Below, one piece after another: positions 36,897-45,700 of a DNA stretch of 64,000 nt. Every line of letters starts with the position of its first letter. The first letter of the stretch is position 1. The notes under the pieces were generated by a model. The model saw only the letters and a list, made by a program, of their open reading frames with translations, had not been told where the DNA came from and did not search any database. Made by a program: the position numbers and the translations under genes. Location: the NCBI GenBank assembly GCA_963666855.2, contig CAXXTG010000281.1, positions 10,035 to 74,034 of the forward strand. Direction: 5' to 3'. The DNA comes from Vicinamibacterales bacterium (GTDB taxonomy: Bacteria; Acidobacteriota; Vicinamibacteria; Vicinamibacterales; UBA8438).

Positions 36897-39637
36897 ATGT
36901 GGACCCGATTGCGGCTCCGGCTCGCCGCCCTCTTCCGACGCGCCCGGTTCGAGCACGAGCTGGACGACGAGCTGGCGTTTCACGTGCAGGCGCGCGCCGA
37001 CGAATGGGAACGCCGGGGGCTGTCGCCGACGGCGGCGCGGCGGCGGGCGCGGATCGAGTTCGGAAACGTCGAGCGCGTCAAGGAAGAGACGCGGGACGTC
37101 CGGCTCGGTCCGTGGCTCGAGCTGCTCCGGCAGGACCTCCGATACGGATTCCGCGTGCTGCGGGCCCACCGCGGTCTCACCGCCATCGGCGTCGCGTCGC
37201 TGGCCTTCGGCATGGCCGTCTGCATCTACTTTCCTCTCGCAGCTCGAAGCCGGGATCCTGCGGCCGCTGCCGGGGGCCCGCGATCCGGGCTCGCTGTTCG
37301 CCGTCGACGCACGGCTGTCCTACCCGGCCTTCGAGCGTATCCGGGAGCGGGACGACGTCGTCGAAGCGGCGGCGGCCTACCTGGGGCCGGCGCCGTTCAC
37401 CGTCGGCGTCGACCGCGGGCCGGGCGGCGGCGAACGCGTCTTCGGTCACCTCGTCTCGCCCGACTACTTCGAGGCCCTGGGCGTCGGTCCGGCGTCGGGG
37501 CGGCTCCTGGCCCCCGGGACCGATGGGGCAGGTTCGGAGCCGGCGGTCGTCGTCAGCGAACGGTTCTGGAGACGCCGGCTCGATGCCGATCCGGGCGCCG
37601 TGGGGCGGACGCTGCGGGTGAACGGCCAAAGTGTGACGCTGGCGGGCATAGCCTCGAACGGATTCCGGGGCGTGTTTCCGACGACCCCGGCGGAGATTTT
37701 CGTGCCGGTGACCGCCGGCGCCCCGCTCGCGCCGGAGCTGGCGGGCGACGTCCTGTCCGACCCGGAGGCCGAGCGGTTCCAGGTGGTCGTCCGGCTGGCG
37801 GGCGCGGTGTCGTTACCGGCGGCCGCAGCGGCGCTCGACACGGCGGCGCGGGGGCGGGACGCGCCGCGGCCCGGGGTCGGTCCCGGCCGCCGCGAGGGCC
37901 GGCGGGTGGGGCTGCTTCCGGCGGGCCGCGTCGCCCGAGTCCGGCCGGCGGAGCTGCGGCTCATGCTCGGCCTCAACGGGCTGCTCGTGGCGCTCGTGCT
38001 CTCGCTGGCCTGCGCGAACCTGGCCGGACTGCTGCTGGCGCGCGCCGGGGAGCGCCGCCGCGAGATGGCCGTCCGCTTCGCGCTGGGGGCCAGCCGCGGG
38101 CGGCTGGTCCGGCAACTGCTGACGGAGAGCGTGCTGCTGGCGTTGGGCGGCGGCGCGGCCGGGCTCCTCTTTTCCTACTGGCTGCTGCCCGCCGCCGATT
38201 CGATTCGCGAGGCGGGCCCGATCCCGTTCGAAACGGACGCGCACATCGGCCCCGCGATCTGGCTCGTCGTGGCGGCCATCGCCGTGCTGACCGGGGCGGG
38301 GCTCGGACTGGCGCCGGCCCTCGCGGCGACCCGCGGCGCGCGCGACGGCGTCGCCCGGTCCATGCAGGGGGGACCGGTGCCGTTGTTGCCCTATCGCCGG
38401 TTCGGCGTCAGGAACCTGTTCGTGACGTACCAGGTGGCGGCGGCCCTAATGCTGCTGCTCACCATCGGCCAGTTGGCGGTCGGCTACCAGCGGTTCGCCG
38501 GCCTCGATCCCGGGTTCGACACCGCCGGTCTGACGCTGTTCGTCGTCGATCCGGAGCGTGACGGCTATACGCCGGCGCAGTCCGCGGCGTTGCTCGACGG
38601 GTTGTCGGACCAGCTCTCCGCTCTTCCCGAGGTGCGGTCGGCGGCGCTGGCCGAGCGCGCCCCGTTGGGTCTCGGCGTCGCGTCCAACGTCCGCGTGTCG
38701 GCGTCGGCGTCGACGGCGGCGGTCGACGCGGCGCGCGCGTACCATTCCGTCGCGCTGGAACGCGTCGGCGTGGGCTACTTCGAGACGCTCGGCGTTTCCC
38801 TCGTCCGCGGCCGCGCCTTCACCGGGCGCGACCGCGCGGCCGGCGGCCCGGGCGGGGACGCGCGCGCGGCGCAGACCGCCGTCGTCATCAATCGGACGGC
38901 GGAGCGGCAGATCTTCGGGTCCGGCGGGGCGATCGGGCGTCGGCTGCGGGCGGACGACGACGGCGGAAGCTACGTCGTGGTCGGGGTGGTCCCGGACGTC
39001 GGGGCCGACTTCCTCGCGACGGGCACAACGGCGAGAGCGTTCGCGCCGATCTCGGCGGCGGGCCTCGGCCGCGCCTCGGGCCGGGGGGCGACGGTGCTGG
39101 TCGGCGGCATGTCCGACGGCGGCGTGATGGCCGCGGTCCGTCGCGAGCTGACGCGGACTCATCCGCGGCTGACGATCTTCGACGCCCGCACGATGGACGA
39201 GCATCTGGAATGGTTCGAACGCACGATCCGGGTCGGTGTCGGCCTGTACGCGGGGCTGAGCCTGTTCGGTCTCGTCCTCGCCACGATCGGCCTGACCGGC
39301 GTCACCGCCTATGCCGTCGCCCGCCGGCGCGTCGAGATCGGCGTCCGGTTGGCGCTCGGGGCCCGGCGTCCCCACGTGCTGTGGCTCGTCCTCCGGGAGG
39401 CCGCGTTCCTGGTCGTCGCGGGTGCGCTTCTCGGCGCGGCGGGGGCGTTGGCGGTGACGCGTGCGCTCTCGGCGCTCGCCGCCGACCTCGCGCAGGTTCT
39501 GGCTACCGTCATCGGCGATCCGGTGCTGATCGTCGGCGGGGCCGGCGGTGCTCGTGGCGGCGGCGCTGGTCGCCTGCGCGGTGCCCGCGTGGCGGTCGGT
39601 ACGAATCGACCCGGCGTCGACCTTGCGGGCGGAGTAG
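36897..39637 (+). pseudogene. Third ADOP/MacB-like permease, reading frame broken twice (about 37225-37235 and at the G-run 39538-39541)
   Basis: The N-terminus MWTRLRLRLAALFRRARFEHELDDELAFH is in frame 0, and the body (FLSQLEAGILRPLPGARDPGSL... through two FtsX modules) is in frame 1. The C-terminus PAVLVAAALVACAVPAWRSVRIDPASTLRAE* is in a third frame. Confidence 0.6.
39517..39637 (+). repeat. Direct repeat, left copy (3' end of the ADOP permease gene)
   Basis: This is the same ~120 nt as 42001-42120, with about 5 differences including one extra G. Confidence 0.85.
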
Positions 39638-39691
39638 CCCGCGAGCAGCCAAACGCCGTCGCCCGGTCGTTGACCAACGCCGAGGTCTACG

Positions 39692-40253
39692 GTGGCCCAG
39701 ACGCCGCACCGGTGCTGGTGCCCGATGTGCTGGGCGGCCGACGACGAGCGGTACGAGCGGAAGGTCTGGTGGCTCGCCTTGGTCGAGGCGTGTCATGTCC
39801 ACGGTTGCCTCCCGCACTGCCGCTGCCCGACGTGCGGCCGTCTTCAGACTGACGCTGCCCCGGGCCGTGCGCATCCACGTGTGCTCGTTCTGCGGGCACC
39901 GATCTCCATTCGATCTCCATTCGTCCGGGTCCGTCCCCCTGGAGGGTCCGTCCGCCGAGCGGCTGCTGTGGTACGCGTGCGAGGGTGCCCGGCTGGTTCA
40001 CGCCGGCGAGGCGACCGCGCTCGCGGGGCTCGACGAGCGGCATCGAATCACGGAGGCGTACGGGCGTCTGGCCGAGCTGGCGCGCGGGCGGAATCTTCCC
40101 GCCGTCGAGCGGTTCTTCGCCGACGAGGTCCATCGGGCCGTCGGCTCGAAGATCCAGGCGTTGCTCAGCGCGCTCTGGCGCCTGCGTGTCACTGTTCTGC
40201 AGCTGTTCTCGCCCGAGGTTCGGGCGATGGTGGGGGAGACGCGTAACGCTTGA
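39692..40253 (+). pseudogene. TniQ-like zinc-ribbon protein, N-terminally truncated and frameshifted (near 39835-39860)
   Basis: HRCWCPMCWAADDERYERKVWWLALVEACHVHGCLPHCRCPTCGR in frame 2 continues as RLTLPRAVRIHVCSFCGHRSPFDL...RLLWYACEG... in frame 0. This C..C/W..L....C..H/CP.CG pattern is typical of TniQ/TnsD-family proteins. Confidence 0.4.
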
Positions 40254-40294
40254 CCTCCTCGTACCGACGTCGATCGGTCCTTCCCCCACGCACC

Positions 40295-41287
40295 TCAGCG
40301 GTCCGTCCCGGAACGGCCGCTCTTCGCCGTTGCGTCGTTGAGCTGATGCCCTCCAGCGGGTCGTCCGGCCCCCCTAACGACAACCTCGGTCTCCTCGTCG
40401 CTCGGTACCGTTCGGTGCCCCGTCGGTCCGTCGGTGCCGCCGGGTTCGGATCCGCGTCCGCCGGTTTCCCCCAGCTTGGAGCGGGTCTGTCGAACCAGGA
40501 CTGGCACCTTGGTTCGAGCGTGCTCCAAAACCCGCTCTCCGGTCTCTCTCGTGTCCCGCCACGTTTTTTCGGGCGCCCCGTCCGTTGGGTTTTCGTACTG
40601 GTAGATTCCAGCGTACAACGAGAGTTTCCTCAGCTGTTCCTTCTCCCGGTCTCCCGGTATTCGCTCGCCGTCGCGCTCCACGTGATCCCAGAGGGCGTTG
40701 AGGTCATGCGTGTGGACGATTTGCCGCCCTTGCGCTATCGTCAGCGCTTTGAGGGCTTGTTCCATCGCGAACTGTAGATCTTCGCAGCGGTCCGCCGGGT
40801 GGGCGTCGGGTTGGTTCGCCCTCGTCCATTTCCGTTCCGCCCGCGTGAGGAACTCGACCGCGCGGTCCGGTTGGTACAGCGTCGATTGCGGCGTCATCGT
40901 CCAGTCTCGCTTCAACCCCCGCCCGGTTTCGATCGCGGTGAAACCCGGCCGCGTATAGATCGTCCGGCCCGTTTCCAGTGCGGCCCCGCGGGGATTCCCG
41001 GCGTACTCTCTCGCCTCTTCGGCCTCCGTCCTCGTGCTGACGAACGCGTCGATGTCGCGTTGTGCTCCTTCATCCCACCAACGGTGATGGTTGCGGGCGC
41101 CCGCACGCGCTCGATCGGTGATGACCAGCAGATCGAGATCGCTCTGGGCCGTCATCTCACCCCGCACGGCTGAGCCGAAGAGGATGATTTGATCGGGATT
41201 CAACCTCGATACGACGACTTCGACAGCCGCCTGGAGGTGTCCCGCGCTGGGCGCCGTGCGGCTCGCGTTAAGCATCTGCATGGCCAT
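40295..41287 (-). CDS. Single-chain nucleotidyltransferase (MNT-like) plus HEPN domain protein
   Basis: The N-terminal ILFGSAVRGEMTAQSDLDLLV is the GSx10-13DxD NTase motif. The C-terminal helical domain AMEQALKALTIAQGRQIVHTHDLNALW carries an Rx5H (HEPN Rx4-6H) motif. A ~70-aa disordered tail follows. Confidence 0.65.
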   Translation of the reverse strand: MAMQMLNASRTAPSAGHLQAAVEVVVSRLNPDQIILFGSAVRGEMTAQSDLDLLVITDRARAGARNHHRWWDEGAQRDIDAFVSTRTEAEEAREYAGNPRGAALETGRTIYTRPGFTAIETGRGLKRDWTMTPQSTLYQPDRAVEFLTRAERKWTRANQPDAHPADRCEDLQFAMEQALKALTIAQGRQIVHTHDLNALWDHVERDGERIPGDREKEQLRKLSLYAGIYQYENPTDGAPEKTWRDTRETGERVLEHARTKVPVLVRQTRSKLGETGGRGSEPGGTDGPTGHRTVPSDEETEVVVRGAGRPAGGHQLNDATAKSGRSGTDR

Positions 41288-41464
41288 TCTACTTCACACC
41301 CGGACTCGCCGTAGTCGAGTAGGCCGGGCTGGCGACCCCGGCGCCCGCGCTGCTCTTGGAGCCGCCACCCTCTGGGACCGCCTCCCAGGCCGTGTCGCGG
41401 CCGGATCCCCGATCGGGGCTCGATGAGTAGGTCGTTGCGGCTGTCGTCTCGCGTGGAGCTCTGT

Positions 41465-41986
41465 TTACCCTGTTTCCGGCGCGTGCCACACCGCCTCGAC
41501 GAACGCCGGGTCGCCCTGTCCGTCGAGGTCGACCAACACGATTGCCCCGTCCGGCGCGAGCCATGCGTCCGTGTACGCGCCCCTCCCGCAGCACAACCCG
41601 GTGCCCAGCCAATCCCGGCATAGCCAGTCCTGATAGCGGGCGGCCGGCAGGCCGTCCGTTCTCCGCAGCGTCTCTGGCCGCCACGGTAGCCGGCCTATGT
41701 CGAGCTTGTCGAAACCCGGCATGTTCTCTCCGTTCACCGTCGGGAACGCGTTGACCCTCACCCTCATCCCATACCCTGGTGCGTGGACGTACTGCGCGTC
41801 GGGGCTGTTCGGCTCCGCTCGCTCGAATCCGATCAGTCCGGCGTCCAGTCTGTGGAGCAGTCCCCTTAGCATCCGCAGCGGGCGTTTCTTCATCAAGCCG
41901 GTGCTGTGCAGGGCCTTCACCCGCAGCCCGTCGTGGCACTTGAACCGGACGACGTCGTCGGCGGTCATCGGCCGCACGCCTGTCAT
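41465..41986 (-). CDS. Hypothetical protein (173 aa), family not recognised
   Basis: ATG 41986 lies at the edge of the right direct repeat. The composition looks protein-like (MTGVRPMTADDVVRFKCHDGLRVKALHSTGLMKKRPL...YTDAWLAPDGAIVLVDLDGQGDP). Confidence 0.4.
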   Translation of the reverse strand: MTGVRPMTADDVVRFKCHDGLRVKALHSTGLMKKRPLRMLRGLLHRLDAGLIGFERAEPNSPDAQYVHAPGYGMRVRVNAFPTVNGENMPGFDKLDIGRLPWRPETLRRTDGLPAARYQDWLCRDWLGTGLCCGRGAYTDAWLAPDGAIVLVDLDGQGDPAFVEAVWHAPETG

Positions 41987-42000
41987 GTACCGATCAGCGG

Positions 42001-42120
42001 GATCCGGTGCTGATCGTCGGCGGGCCGGCGGTGCTCGTGGCGGCGGCGCTGGTCGCCTGCGCGGTGCCCGCGTGGCGGTCGCTGCGAATCGACCCCGCGT
42101 CGACCTTGCGGTCGGAGTAG
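42001..42120 (+). repeat. Direct repeat, right copy (orphan 3' fragment of the ADOP permease gene)
   Basis: Encodes DPVLIVGGPAVLVAAALVACAVPAWRSLRIDPASTLRSE* in one frame. Confidence 0.85.
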
Positions 42121-42216
42121 CGGAACGCCCGGTTGCGGGGCCGGCGCCTGCGCGCCTCGGCGATCGGCTGGCGCCCTCCCGGCGCGGTGCAACCCGGTTC
42201 CGCCACGGGCCGCTAC

Positions 42217-42975
42217 CTACGGAAACCGCCAGCGCAGCAGGCGCCGTTCCAGCCGCGCGGCGAGGGCGAACAGCACCAGCACGAACGACATGATGATGAC
42301 GATGAGGGCGAGGGTCAGGGCCGCGTTGTAGGTGCTCTGGGCGAACTGGAGCAGGTAGCCGAGGCCGCGGCTCGAGGCGACGAACTCGCCCACCACGGCG
42401 CCGGTGAAGGCGAACCCCACCGCGACCTTGAAGTTGCCCAGCACCCAGGCGGTGACCGACGGGACGTAGACCTCGCGGACGAGGACGCGGCGCCCGCCGC
42501 CGAGGGTGCGGACGCGCTCGACGAGGCGCCGGTCCACCTCCTTGATGCCGTTGAAGACGGCGAAGAAGATGAGCACCGCCACGAGGATGGTGGCGAGGGC
42601 GAGCTTCGACGCCAGCCCGATGCCGAGCCAGATGACGAAGAGCGGGGCGAGGATGACGCGGGGGATGGCGTTGAGGAGGATCATCACCGGCTCGAGCAGC
42701 TCGGCGAGCCGCGGCAGCAGGGCGGCCGCGAACCCGAGCACGATGCCGATGGCGAGGCCGGCGGCGAGGCCGGCGATGGCCGCGGTGGCGGTGGCTCCGA
42801 GGTGCGGCCAGAGCTCGCCGCCGGCGAGGTCGAGCATCACCCCGCCGACCGCCGACGGGGGCGGCGCGTAGAAGGGGTCGAGCCAGCCGACCCGGGAGAG
42901 CAGCTCCCACACCGCGAGCAGCGCCATCAGCGCGGTGGTGCGCCGGAAGGCGGGGCCGACGGTGATTGCCGTCAT
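42217..42975 (-). CDS. ABC transporter permease (NitT/TauT family)
   Basis: A 6-TM BPD-transporter pattern is present, and the gene overlaps the ATPase gene. Confidence 0.8.
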   Translation of the reverse strand: MTAITVGPAFRRTTALMALLAVWELLSRVGWLDPFYAPPPSAVGGVMLDLAGGELWPHLGATATAAIAGLAAGLAIGIVLGFAAALLPRLAELLEPVMILLNAIPRVILAPLFVIWLGIGLASKLALATILVAVLIFFAVFNGIKEVDRRLVERVRTLGGGRRVLVREVYVPSVTAWVLGNFKVAVGFAFTGAVVGEFVASSRGLGYLLQFAQSTYNAALTLALIVIIMSFVLVLFALAARLERRLLRWRFP

Positions 42976-43781
42976 CGATCCGCCTCATCGGCAGCGGACG
43001 GCGGGGCCTCCGCCGTCAGGTCGTTCCACAGCGTCCGCAGCAGGGGCCCGAACGCGGGATGGCGCTTCGCGTCGAGGACGTCCCGCGGCCTCGGGATGTC
43101 GACGGCGTGCCGCGCCCGCATCGCCGCCCGGGGGCCGTGGCCGAGCACCGCGACCGCGTCCGACGCGCAGATCGCCTCCTCGAGGTCGTGGGTGACGAGC
43201 AGCACCGTGAGGCGGTCGCGCTCGACCCAGTCCAGCAGCTCCTGGGTGATGCGGGTGCGGACGATGGCGTCGAGGGCGGCGAACGGCTCGTCCATGAGGA
43301 GCAGCCTCGGGCGCAGGGCCAGCACCTGGGCGATGGCCACCCGCTTCCGCTGGCCGCCGGAGAGCTGGGCGGGGAAGCGGTCGCCGTAGCCGGCGAGGCC
43401 CAGCGTCGCCAGCCAGTGGTCGGCCCGGGCGTCGGCGTCGGCGGGGGGGACGTCGCGGATGCGCAGGCCGAGGGCCACGTTCTGCCGCGCCGTGCGCCAC
43501 GGCAGGAGCGCGTCGTCCTGGAACAGGAACCCGATGTCGGGCAGGGCCGCGCCGAGGTCGACGGTGCCCCGCAGCGGCTCGAGGAGGCCCGTCACCACCC
43601 GCAGGATGCTGGTCTTGCCCGAGCCGGACGGGCCGATGAGGCTGACGAACTGGCCGGCCCCCACGTCGAGGTCGATGCCTTCGATGATCGGCGGACCGCC
43701 GAAGCCGACGGACAGGCCGCGGATGCGCAGCAGGGTTCCGGGGGCCACCGGCCGCGCCGGGGGATCAGCCGGCGAGGGCAT
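42972..43781 (-). CDS. ABC transporter ATP-binding protein (NitT/TauT family)
   Basis: The start is ATG 43781. Walker A GPSGSGKTS, signature LSGGQRKRVAIAQ and Walker B LLLMDEPFAALD are present. Confidence 0.85.
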   Translation of the reverse strand: MPSPADPPARPVAPGTLLRIRGLSVGFGGPPIIEGIDLDVGAGQFVSLIGPSGSGKTSILRVVTGLLEPLRGTVDLGAALPDIGFLFQDDALLPWRTARQNVALGLRIRDVPPADADARADHWLATLGLAGYGDRFPAQLSGGQRKRVAIAQVLALRPRLLLMDEPFAALDAIVRTRITQELLDWVERDRLTVLLVTHDLEEAICASDAVAVLGHGPRAAMRARHAVDIPRPRDVLDAKRHPAFGPLLRTLWNDLTAEAPPSAADEADR

Positions 43782-44874
43782 CCGCGTCGACCAGGGTGGC
43801 GAGATCGACCTGTCCCGGCTCGAGAAGCCCGGCGATCTCCTGGGCCCTGACCACCCGTCCCGCGGCGTCGAGATCGACGGTGACCCGCTCCGGATACAGC
43901 GACAGCCGGTAGCGCTCGACGATCGCCTCGAGCTGGTCGAGATCGCCCCCGGCGACGAGGGCGGCGGGGAGGGCGGCCACGATGTCGCCGGGAGGCAGGG
44001 TCCGGGTGTCGGCGAGGCCGCGTTCCAGCGCGGTTGCCAGGCGGCGTATCTCGTCCAGGCGTTGGTCGCGCTCGGCCGCCCGCACCGCCACCCCCATGAA
44101 CTCGTAGGCGCCGCCGACATGCCGGCGGGCCTCGTCGAGCTCCATGAAGTTCACGAGCTCGCGCCCCCCCGCCTCGGTGATCAGGGTCAGGGCCGGCTCC
44201 TGCACCATGGCCGCATCGAGCTGCCCGATGCGCAGCGCGTCGAAGAGGTTGGTGCCGACGGTGGCGAACTGCACGCTCGAGGCGTCGGCGCCGGCCTGAT
44301 CGAGGAGGAACAGCAGCAACGCGTGGTCGGCGTTGCCGAGGGCGGAGACGCCGACGGTGCGGCCCTCGAGGTCGGAGACGGCGTCGATCTCGGCGCTGCG
44401 GTCGGGGGCGACGGCGAGGGCGAAGAGCGGCAGCCGGCCCGTCGACGCCACCCGGCGGATCCGGGCGCCGTTGGCCGCCGCCTGCAGGGCGACGTCGAAC
44501 GAGCTGCCCGCGTAGTCGACGGCGCCCCCGACCAGCGCCTGGACCGCCGCGTTGCCCCCGCGCGTGTAGATCAGCTCGACGTCGAACCCCTGGTCGGCGA
44601 AGTGCCCCCGCACCCGCGTCACCTCGTAGGGCACGACGCACAGGAGCTGCCCGCAGAACGCGAGGCTGAGCGGCGTCGCCCCGTCCCGCGGGCGCGATCC
44701 GCACCCGCCGCTGACGGCGATGACGGCGCCCGCCCCGAGCAGCGTCTTCAGGGCGGTGCGCCGGTCCCAGTCCGCCCCGGGATCGGGCCGGTCGCCGCCG
44801 GCCCGGCCGGGACCGGCGGCCGGATCCGACACGACGCCGAGCAGGTTCGGGTTGGTGGCCTCGCAGCAGCCCAT
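43765..44874 (-). CDS. ABC substrate-binding lipoprotein (NMT1/THI5-like, SsuA/TauA type) with a Tat-like signal
   Basis: WDRRTALKTLLGAGAVIAVSGGCGS combines a twin-arginine motif with a lipobox. The start is ATG 44874, or TTG 44931. Confidence 0.75.
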   Translation of the reverse strand: MGCCEATNPNLLGVVSDPAAGPGRAGGDRPDPGADWDRRTALKTLLGAGAVIAVSGGCGSRPRDGATPLSLAFCGQLLCVVPYEVTRVRGHFADQGFDVELIYTRGGNAAVQALVGGAVDYAGSSFDVALQAAANGARIRRVASTGRLPLFALAVAPDRSAEIDAVSDLEGRTVGVSALGNADHALLLFLLDQAGADASSVQFATVGTNLFDALRIGQLDAAMVQEPALTLITEAGGRELVNFMELDEARRHVGGAYEFMGVAVRAAERDQRLDEIRRLATALERGLADTRTLPPGDIVAALPAALVAGGDLDQLEAIVERYRLSLYPERVTVDLDAAGRVVRAQEIAGLLEPGQVDLATLVDADALAG

Positions 44875-44930
44875 GATCGCGTTCTCCGGCCGGTCGGGAC
44901 GTCGACGGAAACGACGCTGCCGCCGCGTCA

Positions 44931-45095
44931 AACGCCCCGACCGCAGAAACGGGCTGCGCCGGGGTCGAGGCGGCGGCCTCGTTGCCGCGCGCCGAACGCC
45001 CCGACCGCACGGGCTGCGCCGGGGTCGAGGCGGCGGCCTCGTTGCCGCGCGCCGAACGGGCTGCTGGGCCGGGGCGAAGGCGGCGGCCTCGTGTC
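44931..45095. repeat. Tandem 60-64-bp repeat, about 2.7 copies
   Basis: The unit aacgccccgaccgca(gaaa)cgggctgcgccggggtcgaggcggcggcctcgttgccgcgcgccg occurs at 44931 and 44995, with a partial copy at 45055. Confidence 0.8.
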
Positions 45096-45106
45096 GATCC
45101 CGGCCG

Positions 45107-45646
45107 TTACCGGCTCGCCACGTACTCGGTCGCGAACGCCTTCAGGGCCTCGCTGCGCAGGCCGATCGTCTCCGCCTCGGCCATGGCCCGGTCGGTGTCC
45201 CAGCCGTCGCCCACCACGCGCTTGATGAACCACATGGCGCCCACGCGGTTGGCCGAGCCGCAGTGGATGTAGGCGGGCTGGTTGGCCTCGTCGGCGATGG
45301 CGGCGAGGAACGTCTCGGTGTGCTCGTCGGTGGGGGTCCGGAACGGGATGTGGATGTAGTTCAGCCCGGCCTCCTCGGCCGCGGCCCGGCTGCCCTCGAT
45401 GTTGGCGCCGTTCTCTCCGGCGGTGCGGAAGTTGATGACCGACGCGAAGCCCATGTCCCTGAGCGCCGGCATCGCCGAGGCCGGCGTCGCGCCGGCGCAG
45501 GCGACGGTGGCGTCGACGCGCGTGTAGTTGACGACGCCGTCGGGCGCCTCGTCCTGGGCGTGGGCGGCGGGGGCGACGCCGAGGGTCAGGCCGGCGGCGA
45601 GGAGGGCCGCCGGAAGGATCCGCGAAAGCTGCTGTAGACGGGTCAT
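45107..45646 (-). CDS. Secreted PTP-like / DUF442-type phosphatase-fold protein
   Basis: A signal peptide is present. The P-loop-like YIHCGSANRVG follows a VINFR...NYIHIPF pattern. Confidence 0.5.
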   Translation of the reverse strand: MTRLQQLSRILPAALLAAGLTLGVAPAAHAQDEAPDGVVNYTRVDATVACAGATPASAMPALRDMGFASVINFRTAGENGANIEGSRAAAEEAGLNYIHIPFRTPTDEHTETFLAAIADEANQPAYIHCGSANRVGAMWFIKRVVGDGWDTDRAMAEAETIGLRSEALKAFATEYVASR

Positions 45647-45700
45647 GGATTCACTCCTTGCTGTTCTCCGGTCTCGTCAGTGTTCCCGCGTTGCGCCGGC

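Larger units (their letters stand above)
39638..42000. mobile_element. Relic integrated islet (no recombinase left) between ~120-nt direct repeats
   Basis: The segment is bounded by duplicated target-gene 3' ends and has lower GC. Its cargo is a TniQ-like relic, an MNT-HEPN gene and an unknown ORF. Confidence 0.5.

Noticed and set aside
44875-44931. The TTG 44931 start for the substrate-binding protein.
   Set aside because: The extra 19 residues are Arg-rich and overlap the tandem repeat. ATG 44874 still precedes the twin-arginine/lipobox signal. The choice remains uncertain.
44931-45107. A TPP or other riboswitch upstream of the NMT1/THI5-like binding protein operon.
   Set aside because: No CUGAGA-type TPP core is present, and the region is fully accounted for by the tandem repeat.
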